A stretch of DNA of 64,000 nucleotides from Candidatus Krumholzibacteriia bacterium (GTDB lineage: Bacteria; Krumholzibacteriota; Krumholzibacteriia; G020349025): NCBI GenBank assembly GCA_035649275.1, contig DASRJW010000009.1, positions 3,771 through 67,770 on the forward strand. The letters run 5' to 3'. A model generated the notes under the pieces. It ran no database searches, had not been told where the DNA came from, and worked only from the letters and a program-made list of their open reading frames with translations. How positions within the stretch are numbered: the stretch's first letter is position 1; the number at the start of each line of letters is the position of its first letter. The position numbers and the translations under genes were made by a program. Shown in pieces: positions 62,892 to 64,000 of the stretch.

Positions 62892-64000
62892 CTACGGAGT
62901 CATCACCGCCGTCGTGAAGGTGAATTCCTGGGAATACGCAAAGGCGCCGTCCTGGCGTGGAGCCGCCAACCACGAGGTGGGCCCCGTCCCAGTCCACCGG
63001 TTCACCGGGCCGGCGTCGTCCACGTGCGGCAGCTCGTTTTCCTTCCACACTCTCCAGCGGTACAGTGCCTCCGGTTCGAGGACCAAGCCGAAGACATCGG
63101 TAAGGATGGTGCTGGTTTCGGAAGTGAAGACGAGAAGGGTCGTGGCACTGGTGGTCGACGAGACGCTCATCACGTAGATCCCGGGTCCATCCCCCGCGTT
63201 CCAAGCGAAGGGTGTCGACTGCGCCACGTCCGTGGCGCCATCCGTGGGCGAAGAGAGTTCTGGTCCGGCGAACACCACGATCTCGACCGAAGAGTCCAAC
63301 CCCGGGAGGAACTCCGTAGCTCCCTGGCTGTAGCCGAACAAGGATGCATCGCGAGCGCCCACGGCGATGCGGCATGAGCCATTGCGAAGCACAGGCGCAG
63401 TGAAATCGAATTCGAGGCCCGCTTCGACCTGCGAATGTTCCATATTCAGTTTCTGCCCCTCGAAGGTGAGCGTGAGCCCGTGCCAGACCGACTCGTAGGC
63501 ACCGGGCAAGGTCACGGTGGCATGAACGTTGGCCGTGGGCACTTCCACGAAGTCCGTGAGCTCGAAGTCCTCCACGACCCTAGCGCCTTCGTCCAGCGTG
63601 ACCGGGCGGGTCGCCAGCCCCAGATACTCCTTGGAGCGTGTCTGCATTTCCGTTTGCCGCAGGGCGTAGAGCGTCCCTGGATGTGGTGCGAGCTCTCCTG
63701 TCCAGAGTAGGTTCATCCAGTAGGAGCTGGTCTGAGGGGAGGCCGACACCGGGTTCCCGAGAGCGCCGGCGAAAAACAGGGTCGTCGAGACTGCTGGGTC
63801 GAAGGGCACCCGTCCCGTCACGATGGCGAATCGCAGCGGGGCAGCCACGCGGTGGACCATGACCGCGGGATCGCTGCGCCTGAGACCCCGGTACACCAGG
63901 ACCGGCGAGTCGAGCACCACGAGATCGTAAGGGACCAGGACGTCGTCGAAATGGAAAGCGCCATGGGGACCCGTAGTCGTCATCTGCTCCCCGATGACGA
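62892..64000 (-). CDS. Hypothetical protein, probably secreted; 5' end may lie beyond window
   Basis: Long minus-strand ORF with in-frame ATG at 63983; Thr/Ser-rich beta-rich composition; start unresolved at window edge. Confidence 0.4.
   Translation of the reverse strand, partial: VIGEQMTTTGPHGAFHFDDVLVPYDLVVLDSPVLVYRGLRRSDPAVMVHRVAAPLRFAIVTGRVPFDPAVSTTLFFAGALGNPVSASPQTSSYWMNLLWTGELAPHPGTLYALRQTEMQTRSKEYLGLATRPVTLDEGARVVEDFELTDFVEVPTANVHATVTLPGAYESVWHGLTLTFEGQKLNMEHSQVEAGLEFDFTAPVLRNGSCRIAVGARDASLFGYSQGATEFLPGLDSSVEIVVFAGPELSSPTDGATDVAQSTPFAWNAGDGPGIYVMSVSSTTSATTLLVFTSETSTILTDVFGLVLEPEALYRWRVWKENELPHVDDAGPVNRWTGTGPTSWLAAPRQDGAFAYSQEFTFTTAVMTP

Overview
High-GC (roughly two-thirds G+C by eye) bacterial chromosomal window, densely coding, with about 45 genes supported. 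Domain content suggests a Gram-negative lineage with outer-membrane and periplasmic machinery: TonB, Omp85-like barrel, TolB-like propellers, Tat signal, and FlgD-Ig/T9SS-like C-terminal sorting domains, as often seen in Gemmatimonadota-like genomes (inference only). The most coherent system is a six-gene, same-strand cluster (1391..9706) encoding a complete serine-to-acetate+formate fermentation route: L-serine dehydratase, MFS transporter, phosphate acetyltransferase, acetate kinase, pyruvate formate-lyase and its radical-SAM activase. The serine dehydratase carries a Tat-type signal-like N-terminal extension, and pta begins with an 18-bp x4 tandem repeat. The rest is a secreted-peptidase-rich accessory region (S9, two S15 CocE/NonD, S12, S8, M10, M50) with amino-acid and MFS transporters. 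It also holds an eukaryotic-like Ser/Thr kinase fused to a TolB propeller and translationally coupled to a CocE/NonD hydrolase; a pair of diverged paralogous five-bladed-propeller glycoside-hydrolase-like lipoprotein genes bracketing an APC permease; heme genes (hemH; hemL-hemE-TMEM175-like with overlapping start/stop codons); a ribokinase/nucleoside hydrolase pair; and a large secreted cadherin-like protein next to a polytopic fused spermidine-synthase-like membrane protein. No rRNA, tRNA, CRISPR array or recognisable mobile element was seen. Two gene-poor, visibly lower-GC intergenic islands (about 28.07-29.14 kb and 31.43-32.08 kb) are not explained by the protein annotation. Many long ORFs in the six-frame track are antisense/alternate-frame artefacts of high GC and were rejected.
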